This document shows, in pieces, positions 46,339 to 55,691 of a stretch of 64,000 nt of DNA. Source of the DNA: Candidatus Omnitrophota bacterium (lineage in GTDB: Bacteria; Omnitrophota; Gorgyraeia; Zapsychrales; JAHFFX01); assembly GCA_023247725.1 (NCBI GenBank), contig JAHFFW010000004.1:19921-83920 (forward strand). Reading direction: 5' to 3'. The stretch's first letter is position 1. Each line of letters begins with the position of its first letter. The notes under the pieces were generated by a model that had not been told where the DNA came from, did no database searches, and saw only the letters and a list, made by a program, of their open reading frames with translations. The translations under genes were made by a program, and so were the position numbers.

Positions 46339-48756
46339 TTGAAACACAATGTTTGTATCCACGGCCATTTTTATCAGCCACCCCGTGAAAATGCCTGGCT
46401 GGAAGAAATCGAAATACAGGAATCGGCCTATCCTTACCATGACTGGAATGAGCGGGTAACGGCGGAATGTTACGCCCCCAATACCGCCTCGCGCATTCTG
46501 GATTCCAAGAAAAAAATCGTCGACATTGTCAATAATTATCCGAAGATGAGCTTTGACTTCGGACCGACGCTATTGTCTTGGATGGAGCGCCATGCCCCCG
46601 GAATTTACCAAGCGATCCTTGTTTCTGATCGTCTCAGTCAAGAGCGCTTCTCTGGCCATGGTTCGGCGATCGCCCAGGCGTATAATCATATGATTATGCC
46701 GTTGGCCAATTCCCGCGACAAAATCACTCAGGTTATCTGGGGGATCAGAGATTTTCACTATCGTTTCGGCCGGGACCCTAAAGGGATGTGGTTGCCGGAG
46801 ACAGCGGTGGATTTAGAAACCCTTGACATTCTGGCCGAACACAAGATTCAATTCACCATCTTGGCTCCGCATCAGGCCAAGCGAGTGCGCGAACTGGGAG
46901 ACGAACAGTGGTCCGATGCCAGTGGCGAGAAGATCGATCCCAAATATCCCTATCTGTGCCGTTTGCCGTCGGGTCGTTCAATCGTTCTGTTTTTTTATGA
47001 CGGGCCGGTTTCTCAAGATGTCGCTTTCCGGGGCCTTTTGGGCAATGGTCAGGCCTTCGCCGAACGCTTGGTGGGAATCTTTCCGGAAAATTCGCACGAA
47101 GAGCTGTTGGAGCATATCGCCACGGATGGAGAAACCTATGGCCATCACCATCGTTTTGGGGATATGGCGCTCGCCTACTGCTTTCATTATCTGGAAAAAA
47201 ATAAACTCGCCCGAATTATGATTTACAGCGAATATTTGGAATATCATCCCCCAGAAAAAGAAGTCGAAATCATTGAACAAACCTCCTGGAGTTGCGCTCA
47301 TGGGGTGGAACGCTGGCGTTTCAACTGCGGTTGCAGTATTGGACGAACTCCCGGATGGACCCAAGCCTGGCGGGCCCCGCTTCGTCAGGCCTTGGATCTG
47401 GTTCGCGATGCACTCATCCCGATTTATGAAGACCGAATGAAGCAATTCTCCCCCGATCCTTGGAAGGCCAGAGATCATTATATCGAAGTTATCCTGGATC
47501 GATCGGTGGCCAATGTCGAGCGATTCCTTGCGGATTTTTGTCGTCCGGGTTTGGCGGCGGAAGAAAAAATTCAGTGTTTGAAACTTTTAGAAATGCAGCG
47601 TCAGGCCATGCTCATGTATACCAGTTGTGGCTGGTTCTTCGACGATATTTCCGGAGTGGAAGCCGTGCAGGTCATGCAATACGCGGCCCGGGCCATACAA
47701 CTCGCCAGAGATTTGGCGGGCATTGAACTCGAGGGGAAATTCAAAAAAATTTTACAAAAGGCTACGAGCAATGTGAAAGGATTAAAAGATGGCGCCCTCA
47801 TTTATGACTTTTATATTCGCCCCAAGGTGATTGGGCTCATGGACGTGGGAGCGCATTATGCGATGTCCTCGATTTTTGAGGATTATCCCGATTCCGTCAA
47901 ATTGTTTTGCTACGAAGTGAGTCGACAAGATTACGAAAAAAGGCAAAAGGATGATGAAAGGCTGATTTTGGGACGGGCCACGCTGCGTTCGCAGGTTACT
48001 TGGGAAGAGATCCGATTCAGCTTTGCGGTCATTTATGCCCAGGAACATAATTACCGCGGGTCGCTAAAGCTGGATATGGATGAACAACACTACGAACGAA
48101 TGAAACAAGATTTGTTGGAGGCTTTCGGCAAAGGGGAGACCGCCAAGGTCCTGGAGGAGATGACCGACCATTTCGGAAAGGAAATCTACTCGTTCTGGAA
48201 TTTATTTCCCAATCAGCAAGAGAAGGCCCTCAGTCATATCCTTAAACCTGCCCTGGAGAATATCCGTTTCCTTTTCCACAGTATCTTTGACCACCAATCC
48301 CCATTATTGGCATCACAGGAAAGTTTGCGGATTGCTTTACCGCGCACGCTGGCCATGACGGTTGAATTTGCCGTTAATCGAGATCTGCGCGAACTCTTAC
48401 TTTATCCCAACATCAATCTGGAAGAATTGCAGCGTCTGGTGGATGAGGTCAAAAGCTGGTCATTCCAATTGGATGATGCCTCCTTAAGTTTTGCAGCGAC
48501 CAAGAAGATTAATGACCTCATGCAGCAACTAGCCAAAGAACCGCTCAATAAAGAGCTTTTGTCTACGATTGAGACTGTTTTTAAAACTCTGAAAATTCTC
48601 CATTTGCCTTTGGAACGTTGGCGAGCTCAAAATATTTATTTTTCCATTGGGAAGGAACATCTCAAGATGATGCAAGAGCGTGCCGCAAAACAAGACGATG
48701 AAGCGAAAGCATGGTTGGAGCATTTCAACAATCTCGGAACCTATCTTGAAATTTGA
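46339..48756 (+). CDS. Glycoside hydrolase family 57 with DUF3536
   Basis: HGHFYQPPREN, YNH.IMPL, WLPETA, ATDGETYGHH, SWSCAHGVERW, MYTSCGWFFD. Confidence 0.92.
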   Translation: MKHNVCIHGHFYQPPRENAWLEEIEIQESAYPYHDWNERVTAECYAPNTASRILDSKKKIVDIVNNYPKMSFDFGPTLLSWMERHAPGIYQAILVSDRLSQERFSGHGSAIAQAYNHMIMPLANSRDKITQVIWGIRDFHYRFGRDPKGMWLPETAVDLETLDILAEHKIQFTILAPHQAKRVRELGDEQWSDASGEKIDPKYPYLCRLPSGRSIVLFFYDGPVSQDVAFRGLLGNGQAFAERLVGIFPENSHEELLEHIATDGETYGHHHRFGDMALAYCFHYLEKNKLARIMIYSEYLEYHPPEKEVEIIEQTSWSCAHGVERWRFNCGCSIGRTPGWTQAWRAPLRQALDLVRDALIPIYEDRMKQFSPDPWKARDHYIEVILDRSVANVERFLADFCRPGLAAEEKIQCLKLLEMQRQAMLMYTSCGWFFDDISGVEAVQVMQYAARAIQLARDLAGIELEGKFKKILQKATSNVKGLKDGALIYDFYIRPKVIGLMDVGAHYAMSSIFEDYPDSVKLFCYEVSRQDYEKRQKDDERLILGRATLRSQVTWEEIRFSFAVIYAQEHNYRGSLKLDMDEQHYERMKQDLLEAFGKGETAKVLEEMTDHFGKEIYSFWNLFPNQQEKALSHILKPALENIRFLFHSIFDHQSPLLASQESLRIALPRTLAMTVEFAVNRDLRELLLYPNINLEELQRLVDEVKSWSFQLDDASLSFAATKKINDLMQQLAKEPLNKELLSTIETVFKTLKILHLPLERWRAQNIYFSIGKEHLKMMQERAAKQDDEAKAWLEHFNNLGTYLEI

Positions 48757-48774
48757 AAAAAGGGTTGGATATTT

Positions 48775-48886
48775 TTATTCTGCTACGCCAGCCGTGGGTG
48801 GGGCTTCGCAGCAATATTCTCGAGCAGAATAATTGCCTCGAAGCAAAAGCACCAGTTTTATGACTTTTGCGAAGGAGAATAATTGC
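48775..48886. repeat. Tandem palindromic elements upstream of malQ
   Basis: TTATTCTGCT/AGCAGAATAA IR enclosing CTACGCC...GGCTTCG; 11-bp direct repeat AGAATAATTGC (48826, 48876) flanking a CGAAGCAAAAG...CTTTTGCGAAG hairpin. Confidence 0.7.
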
Positions 48887-50394
48887 TTATGAAAAAGCGA
48901 GGAAGCGGAGTCCTGCTGCATATCACCTCGTTGCCTTCGGCCTTTGGAATCGGAGATCTGGGGCCCGAGGCCTTTGCCTTCGTGGATTTCCTTTTCCAAA
49001 CTCGGCAAACGTACTGGCAAATGCTGCCATTGAATCCGACGGATTTGATGTACGGCAATTCGCCTTACAGCAGCTCCTGCGCCTTTGCCTTAAGTCCCTT
49101 GATCGTCAGCCCTCAGGTTTTGTTCGAGGATGGTTGGTTGGAAAAGTCAGATCTCTCATCGGTCCCGCCCTTTCCGGCCTGGATGTGTGATTTCGCTGCC
49201 GTCGCTCAATATAAGGTCATGATCCTGACCAAGGCCTTCGAACATTTTCGCAAAGTTCGTGGGAAAAAAACAGCCTATGAGAAATTTTTACAAGACAACG
49301 CCTCCTGGTTGCAGGATTTTGTTTTATTTTCTGTCATCAAACAACATTTCCAAGGCCTGGCCTTCACCAGTTGGCCCAAGGAACTTCGGGACCGGGAGAG
49401 AGCCGCATTAAAAGTTTTTGAAAAAAATCATGCGGATCAGATTGAAAAGGAGAGCTTCATCCAATTTGTCGCTACAGAGCAATGGATGCGCCTTAAAGAA
49501 TATTGTCATCAGAAAGGGATCACGACCATCGGCGATATCCCGATTTATGTCAATGATGATAGCATCGATGTCTGGGCCCATCCGCATTTATTCAAATTGG
49601 GCCCTGACAAAAAACCGTCATTCGTGGCGGGTGTTCCTCCGGATTATTTCAGCGAAACCGGCCAGCGCTGGGGCAATCCCGTCTACAACTGGGAAAAACT
49701 GCATCAGTCGAAATACGTTTGGTGGAAGGATCGCATTCGGCAGAATTTGAAACTCTTTGATATGCTGCGCATCGACCATTTCCGTGGATTTGAATCATAT
49801 TGGGAAATTCCCGCCACCGAGTCAACGGCGGTCAATGGATCATGGGTCAAAGTTCCAGGGGAAGAATTTTTCATGAATATGGAAAAAGAGTTCCATCAAC
49901 TCCCTTTTATCGCTGAGGATTTGGGTTCCATCACTCCGGCGGTGACCGAACTGATGGATCGTTTCCAATTTCCGGGGATGAAGGTTCTGTTGTTTGCCTT
50001 CGGTGGAGATACGGAAACCCATCCCTACATCCCCAAAAATTATTTGACCAATTGCGTGGTGTATACCGGCACCCATGACAATAACACAGCCCGAGGCTGG
50101 TTTGATCACGAGGCCTCCGCTGAAGAAAAGGCCAATCTCACCCGCTATCTTGGTTATGAACCCAAGACGCAGGAGATCGCCTGGATCTTAATTTCCATGG
50201 CCATGGAATCAGTGGCGGACGGTTGCCTGATCCCTTTACAAGATGTGTTGAATCTGCCCACCGAGGCCCGCATGAATAAACCGGGAACGACCCAGGGGAA
50301 TTGGCGCTGGCGGTTTGCGGCCTCGGCTTTAAGCCCTCAGATCAAAGAAAAATTGTTATCGATCACAGAGTCAAGTCGGCGAAGCCGAAATTAA
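48883..50394 (+). CDS. malQ: 4-alpha-glucanotransferase (amylomaltase, GH77); start 48883 or 48889
   Basis: SGVLLHITSLP, SPY, GDIPIYV, GVPPDYFSETGQRWGNP, RIDHFRG, AEDLG, TGTHDN. Confidence 0.96.
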   Translation: MLMKKRGSGVLLHITSLPSAFGIGDLGPEAFAFVDFLFQTRQTYWQMLPLNPTDLMYGNSPYSSSCAFALSPLIVSPQVLFEDGWLEKSDLSSVPPFPAWMCDFAAVAQYKVMILTKAFEHFRKVRGKKTAYEKFLQDNASWLQDFVLFSVIKQHFQGLAFTSWPKELRDRERAALKVFEKNHADQIEKESFIQFVATEQWMRLKEYCHQKGITTIGDIPIYVNDDSIDVWAHPHLFKLGPDKKPSFVAGVPPDYFSETGQRWGNPVYNWEKLHQSKYVWWKDRIRQNLKLFDMLRIDHFRGFESYWEIPATESTAVNGSWVKVPGEEFFMNMEKEFHQLPFIAEDLGSITPAVTELMDRFQFPGMKVLLFAFGGDTETHPYIPKNYLTNCVVYTGTHDNNTARGWFDHEASAEEKANLTRYLGYEPKTQEIAWILISMAMESVADGCLIPLQDVLNLPTEARMNKPGTTQGNWRWRFAASALSPQIKEKLLSITESSRRSRN

Positions 50395-50403
50395 AGGAAA
50401 ACC

Positions 50404-50432
50404 TTGAGGCGTTTGGGAGTGTATGTTAGAAT
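50404..50432 (+). promoter_or_regulatory. Putative sigma70 promoter (extended -10)
   Basis: TTGAGG-N17-TAGAAT with TG at -15/-14. Confidence 0.55.
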
Positions 50433-50440
50433 TTTTTCCA

Positions 50441-50720
50441 GTTATCCGCCTTCGCAGAAGACCATGGGTTTGTCCGTGGATTTCGCTGAATGTTCTTCGT
50501 TCAGCTTCGCAGGACCATCCTCCGAAGCTCAACCGGAAACATTGAACGAAGGAGGATGAATGCGGAGAGGTTCCCGCTTCGGCGGATGTCGCCGAGGGGC
50601 AAGCCCTTCCTTCGCAATCCTAGGGCGGATAACCCTGCGAAGCCAAACGCGGAGCAAAACGGAGCAATTTGGCGTAGCAGGGTAAATCAGAAAGGGACCA
50701 CGGGCTTGCCCGAGGGGCTC
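50441..50720. mobile_element. Non-coding nested palindromic element (MITE/PATE-like, IS200/IS605-end-like hairpins)
   Basis: Terminal-type hairpins CCATGGG/TCCGTGG (50462-79) and CCACGGG/CCCGAGG (50698-715); GTTATCCGCC/GGCGGATAAC IR; internal CATCCTCC/GGAGGATG and ACCCTGC/GCAGGGT hairpins. Confidence 0.6.
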
Positions 50721-51272
50721 ATGGAAAATTTCCTTTGGTGGGGCACATTGATGGCATGCCTCTTGGCATCGGGTTGTCATGGCGCCAGGCTGACAGAATC
50801 CTCGACGGTTGCGCAGCAACCCTGCAAAATCGTTGATGCCGAACGATTGAGGCAAGGAGGGAAACTCCTGATCATCCCTTTTTCCGCTAATGCCCAGGTC
50901 GAGGCCACCACCCAATCCGAGCAGATTTCTCTCATGATCGTCAAAGGAATCGCAGAAACCTTAAAAAAATCCGGCGGTCCTTTCGAAATCCTTTCCGCTG
51001 ACAACGCCTCAGCCGCACAGCTGCTCCTACAAGGCCACATTGAAGAGAAATCGGAAAAATCCCAAGTGAAAGAGTGGATTCATTTCGAAAATGTTTTGAA
51101 ACTCGCAGTTTCGCTGGAAATCAGGGAAACCGCTTCGCAAAGGCGGCTGGCGGTCATGGTGTATTCGTTGAGCGAACCTAGTCCTAAAAAGGATTTTCTT
51201 TCTCTCGGTTACCGTTTAGGAAAACAGATTGGTCAACGGCTCCTAACCGAAATTCAGCTTCCAGCCAGTTAA
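50721..51272 (+). CDS. Hypothetical lipoprotein
   Basis: Signal peptide with LASGC lipobox starting at ATG 50721; the upstream part of the ORF-track ORF is repeat-derived. Confidence 0.7.
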   Translation: MENFLWWGTLMACLLASGCHGARLTESSTVAQQPCKIVDAERLRQGGKLLIIPFSANAQVEATTQSEQISLMIVKGIAETLKKSGGPFEILSADNASAAQLLLQGHIEEKSEKSQVKEWIHFENVLKLAVSLEIRETASQRRLAVMVYSLSEPSPKKDFLSLGYRLGKQIGQRLLTEIQLPAS

Positions 51273-51285
51273 AGAAAGGTTTGAC

Positions 51286-52254
51286 GTGATCGTCCTGACG
51301 GGGGGCGCGGGTTTCATCGGCAGCGGCATCCTCGCTCGCTTGAATTCCTCTAATATCAAAGACATCTGGATCGTCGACCATATCGTCAAAGACGATTTGA
51401 AGAAAAAGAATCTGGTCGGAAAAAAGTATCTGAAATACACCGATAAAACCGATTTTCTAAAATTGGTGCGCGCCCAAAAAATCGATCCCACGGTTGACTG
51501 CATCATCCATATGGGGGCTTGCAGTTCGACAACGTTGAATGATGCGGCGTATTTCCGGCGAAATAATTTTGAATATTCCCGGTCCCTGGCCCGGTGGGCG
51601 AGGGCCAAGAAGGTCAGATTCATTTACGCGAGTTCAGCGGCGACCTATGGCGATGGGGCAAGAGGTTACAAGGATGACGAGGCAACCGCGCTGCGGTTGC
51701 GACCTTTGAATTTGTACGGCAAATCAAAACAAGCCTTTGATCTGTGGGTCATCAAAAATGGTCTGACCGACAGGATGGTTGGACTGAAGTTCTTCAATAT
51801 TTTTGGCCCTAACGAATATCATAAAGGTGACATGCGCAGTGTCATCGCGAAGTCTTATCCCAAAGCGGTTAAAGAAGGAACGATCGGGCTTTTCAAATCC
51901 TACAAAGCCGAATATCCCCATGGTGAGCAAAAAAGAGATTTCCTTTATGTGAAAGATGCCGTCGATGTCGTGATGTTCTTTCTTGAGCATCCGGAAAAAT
52001 CCGGAATTTTTAACGTCGGTTCGGGCAAGGCCTGCAGTTGGAACGATGTGGCCAAGGCCATCTTCGCCGCTTTAAAGGAGCCGCCTAGAGTCACCTATTT
52101 CGACATGCCGGTGGAGCTGCGCGATCAGTATCAGTATTTCACTCAAGCGGATATGACCAGGCTTCGCGATACGGGTTATTCCAAATCCTTTATGGAACTG
52201 GAAGACGCGGTTGCGGATTACCTGAGTTATCTGAAAGAGAATCGTTACTGGTAA
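51286..52254 (+). CDS. hldD: ADP-L-glycero-D-manno-heptose 6-epimerase
   Basis: TGGAGFIGS, HMGACSSTT, YASSAATYG, PLNLYGKSK, FN.FGPNEYHKG.M.SV, YQYFTQAD. Confidence 0.95.
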   Translation: MIVLTGGAGFIGSGILARLNSSNIKDIWIVDHIVKDDLKKKNLVGKKYLKYTDKTDFLKLVRAQKIDPTVDCIIHMGACSSTTLNDAAYFRRNNFEYSRSLARWARAKKVRFIYASSAATYGDGARGYKDDEATALRLRPLNLYGKSKQAFDLWVIKNGLTDRMVGLKFFNIFGPNEYHKGDMRSVIAKSYPKAVKEGTIGLFKSYKAEYPHGEQKRDFLYVKDAVDVVMFFLEHPEKSGIFNVGSGKACSWNDVAKAIFAALKEPPRVTYFDMPVELRDQYQYFTQADMTRLRDTGYSKSFMELEDAVADYLSYLKENRYW

Positions 52255-52312
52255 AAGGACTCTTGCTGATGAAGTGGGTCGAGCCTTCGCCACAATTTGA
52301 CAGGGGGAAACA

Positions 52313-54553
52313 ATGATGTTAGTGCTTTTGGCCGTTGGAACTGCCCTCTTTGCCATTGGGGTGTGGTTTCTTCTCAAAGGTTACGCTACCTCTCCCAATG
52401 CCAATCTGGTCGTCCCCATTACGGAATCGAATCGGCTCAAAAGTGATCTGACCGCCACCCGTGATTCAGAGGCAAAACTTCGCGCGGAATTGCAAACCCT
52501 GCGACAAGAGTTTACTTTGAGCAAGGAGGCCCTGGACAAAGCCAAAAAGGAGGAACAGTCTGGGGCTGCCAAAACACAGCAGTTGGAAGCCGAGATCATG
52601 CGGGTCAATCAAAAGGCGGAATCGCAGGCAAAAGAAGCCTTGGAACTTGTCAACGCCTTAACGCGGGAAACTGAGGCGCTCAAAAAGACCCGCGATGATT
52701 TGAGCAAGATCAAGGATGTCGAAACCGCCATGGCCTTCGCCAATGAGCAGATCAAAAATGAGAATTTGACTCTGCAGACGGAGTTGCAAAAAAGGGCTGA
52801 GCGAATGGCTCAGATGGAGGAAGAGATTGGCCGCATCGGCACTCAAAAGGATGAACAGCATGCCGTTGCCCTCAAAGAACTCAATGCCACGATTGACAAA
52901 ATCAAGGCTGATTTGCAAAAGCGCGATGAACAGGTGGCGCAGTTGGAAAAAGAAAACAGCCGGTTCAAAGTCGAAGCTGATGAGCATCATGTGGCGATGG
53001 TCAATGATTTGAATGCCACAATCAATAAATTGGAAACTCATTCGCAAGCTCTGAGTTTGCAGTTGGAAGACAAAAATGCCCGGGTCCGGCAGTTGGAATT
53101 GCTCGTCGCTGATACCCAAAGCGAGATGGAAAATAAATTCGCTTCTCAAACCCATAATCTCCAATCCCTCACTTCCGAAAATGAACATCTGCAAAGAGAG
53201 CTCAATGAATTGATTTTTAAGACCAGAGAGATGGAAGAGGAAGTTTTGGCTTTGCGAAAAGAAAAGGAAAAATTCTCCTCGGTTATTGAACCGGCTTTCG
53301 AACGGGTTAAGGAAGAGGCACGTTTGTTGCGCGAACAAAACCAGGGTCAGGCCTCCCAGATCCGTCGCTTGGAAAATGAGTTCTCTGAGACGAATAAGGA
53401 GAAGGATCGCCAATTGGGGCTGACGACGGCTTTGACTGATCGGCTGAAATTGGAAAATGCGGAGCTTCTGAAACAGCTTGAGCAAAAAACCTCCGTCCTA
53501 AAAGACACAGAAGAATCTTTATTCTCATTGCGCCGCGATTATGAAAAACAGCTGGCGGTAGCGAATGGGTCTCTGGAAAGCATGAAATTGTCGCAGCAAT
53601 CTCTTCAGGACCAACTGCGCGAAAGTTTCAATAAGGTTCGTGATCTGGACGAAAACCAGTCGCAGGTCCAAAAAGAACATCAGCGTCAGGTGGCCTCCGC
53701 GAACGGCATGGTCGAACAATTGAACAACGAAAGGAAAAGCCTGCGGGTACAAATTGACCAGGGACTCGCCCGGATTCACCAGCTCGAATCCGAATATTCC
53801 CGCACGCTCAAGGATCGCGAGCAAAAATTGAGCGAGGCCGTCTCCGAACTGGAACGCCAGAAAATGACGAACCTCTCCCTGAAAGATTTAACCGAGGAGA
53901 GGGGTTCTCAAATTGAACGACTCAAAGGGGAATTCTCGCAGCAATTTCAAATCCTCAAAGAGCGGGAGCAAAAGATCAACGAGTTGCAAGCAAATTTGGA
54001 ACGGCAGAAAATCACCCATCAGTCGTTGAAGGAAATTGCCGACGAGAAAACTGCCGAAATCAACCGCTTTAAGAATGATTTGGTCCAGCTGTCCCAAAAG
54101 AACGACGAACAGTCGGCTCAGGCCAGGACAACCATCGATGCATTGCGACAGGATCGTGAGGCTTCGCTCCAGGCCAAGAGCGAACTTGAGCAGCATATCC
54201 AAAAGCACAAGGAGATCAATACGAGCCTCTTGGAAAAAGAGAAAACCATGCAGTACGAATTGGCCAAGGCCAAGGCCCAATCCATGGGATTGGAAAAAAT
54301 CTGCGCTGATTTCAAAACCCAAATGGAAAGATTGCTCAAAGAAATGGATGAGCTCAAGGCGCAGAATAAGAATTTACAAAAAAATGGACACCAGGCCCAA
54401 AAAGAATTGCAGGACCTGCGGGCTTTCGCCGAAGCGATTACGAGCAAGGAACAACAATCTCAGGTCGAACTGCAAAAAAGTCGCGAACAGTTGCGGGGTT
54501 TGGAAAAGATTTTCGCTGATTTTAAATCTCGATTAGAAGGCATTGGCCCTTAA
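52313..54553 (+). CDS. Membrane-anchored long coiled-coil protein
   Basis: N-terminal TM, then ~700 aa E/K/Q/L-rich with almost no Pro; internal ~46-aa repeats; no ATPase motifs. Confidence 0.8.
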   Translation: MMLVLLAVGTALFAIGVWFLLKGYATSPNANLVVPITESNRLKSDLTATRDSEAKLRAELQTLRQEFTLSKEALDKAKKEEQSGAAKTQQLEAEIMRVNQKAESQAKEALELVNALTRETEALKKTRDDLSKIKDVETAMAFANEQIKNENLTLQTELQKRAERMAQMEEEIGRIGTQKDEQHAVALKELNATIDKIKADLQKRDEQVAQLEKENSRFKVEADEHHVAMVNDLNATINKLETHSQALSLQLEDKNARVRQLELLVADTQSEMENKFASQTHNLQSLTSENEHLQRELNELIFKTREMEEEVLALRKEKEKFSSVIEPAFERVKEEARLLREQNQGQASQIRRLENEFSETNKEKDRQLGLTTALTDRLKLENAELLKQLEQKTSVLKDTEESLFSLRRDYEKQLAVANGSLESMKLSQQSLQDQLRESFNKVRDLDENQSQVQKEHQRQVASANGMVEQLNNERKSLRVQIDQGLARIHQLESEYSRTLKDREQKLSEAVSELERQKMTNLSLKDLTEERGSQIERLKGEFSQQFQILKEREQKINELQANLERQKITHQSLKEIADEKTAEINRFKNDLVQLSQKNDEQSAQARTTIDALRQDREASLQAKSELEQHIQKHKEINTSLLEKEKTMQYELAKAKAQSMGLEKICADFKTQMERLLKEMDELKAQNKNLQKNGHQAQKELQDLRAFAEAITSKEQQSQVELQKSREQLRGLEKIFADFKSRLEGIGP

Positions 54554-54596
54554 CCCACCGCTATTTCAATCTTAAAACCAAGCCATTTTTTCCATC

Positions 54597-55625
54597 ATGC
54601 GCGCCGCAATGTATTACAGCAATTCCGATGTCCGCTTGGTTCAGTTGCCAGAACCGGCCATTGGAAAGGATGAAGCTTTGCTGCGAGTTGAGGCTAGCGG
54701 CATTTGCGGAACGGATTGTTTGGAGTGGTATCGTCGAGATAAGGTCCCTTTGGTTTTGGGGCACGAAGTTGCCGGCATTTTGGTTTCGGTTGGGAAAAAG
54801 GTAAAGAAATTCCGGGTTGGCGATCGGGTGGTGGCCACGCATCATGTGCCTTGTGAATGGTGTGCTTTCTGCCGCGACGGCCACGAAACAGTCTGCGATT
54901 TGCTGCGTCAGACCCATTTTGAACCGGGCGGATTTTGTGAATTCCTTCGATTGCCAGCCGTCAATCTTAAGAAGGGGACATTCAAGATTCCCGATCAGAT
55001 TTCATTCGCAGAGGCAACGTTCGTGGAACCGCTCGGTTGTGCCTTGCGAGGCCAGCGCCTGGCACGCATGCGTCCGGGAAAGAATGTTTTAGTCATCGGC
55101 AGTGGCATGGCAGGGCTTTTGCATATCAAAATCGCAAAATACCATCATGCCCGGCGAATTGTTACCACGGATGTTGATCCATTTCGATTGGAGGTGGCAC
55201 AAAAATGCGGGGCGCATGCCGTCATTCCAGCCCAGGAAAACGTCGTGGCCGAAGTCAAAAGAAATTTTCATGGCAAACTGGCGGATCTGGTGATTTTGTG
55301 CACCGGAGTGCAAACCGCCATTGAACAGGGATTACGCTCAGTCGAGCGGGGAGGCACGGTTCTGGTTTTTACGGCCGCTGCCAAAGATGCACTGTTACCA
55401 GTTTCTCTGAACGATTTGTTTTGGCGAAGTGAACTGACGATTTTGAGCTCTTATGCGGCGGCGCCGAAAGATTTAGCCCAAGCCTTGCGAGTGATCGCTA
55501 AAAAGAACATAAAGGTCAAAGACCTGATCACTCACCATTTGCCTTTGACTGACATTCAGAAAGGATTTGATTTAACGGTTCGGCCACAAAATTCGGTTAA
55601 GGTGATCATTTATCCGCAGCGATAG
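54597..55625 (+). CDS. Zn-dependent dehydrogenase (sorbitol/threonine DH-like MDR)
   Basis: GICGTD, GHE, CEWCAFC...C structural Zn, EPLGC, GSGMAG. Confidence 0.92.
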   Translation: MRAAMYYSNSDVRLVQLPEPAIGKDEALLRVEASGICGTDCLEWYRRDKVPLVLGHEVAGILVSVGKKVKKFRVGDRVVATHHVPCEWCAFCRDGHETVCDLLRQTHFEPGGFCEFLRLPAVNLKKGTFKIPDQISFAEATFVEPLGCALRGQRLARMRPGKNVLVIGSGMAGLLHIKIAKYHHARRIVTTDVDPFRLEVAQKCGAHAVIPAQENVVAEVKRNFHGKLADLVILCTGVQTAIEQGLRSVERGGTVLVFTAAAKDALLPVSLNDLFWRSELTILSSYAAAPKDLAQALRVIAKKNIKVKDLITHHLPLTDIQKGFDLTVRPQNSVKVIIYPQR

Positions 55626-55691
55626 ATGAGGGACACCTTAAAAAGATTGAAAGATAAGCCTTTTGGTTCATTTGGAGGAAGGGAGAACACG

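Noticed and set aside
50560-50615. Glycine-riboswitch-like GGAGAG...CGCCGAGGGGCAA
   Set aside because: The downstream CTCTCAGG segment is absent, the downstream genes are unrelated to glycine, and the sequence sits within a palindromic element
50490-50720. 77-aa N-terminal extension of the lipoprotein ORF
   Set aside because: Translation of repeat DNA; the signal peptide and lipobox place the start at 50721
52658-53485. 275-aa hydrophobic minus-strand ORF
   Set aside because: Expected antisense product of the E/K/Q-rich coiled-coil gene
52313-54553. SMC/SbcC annotation
   Set aside because: No Walker A/B, signature motif or hinge; the protein has an N-terminal TM
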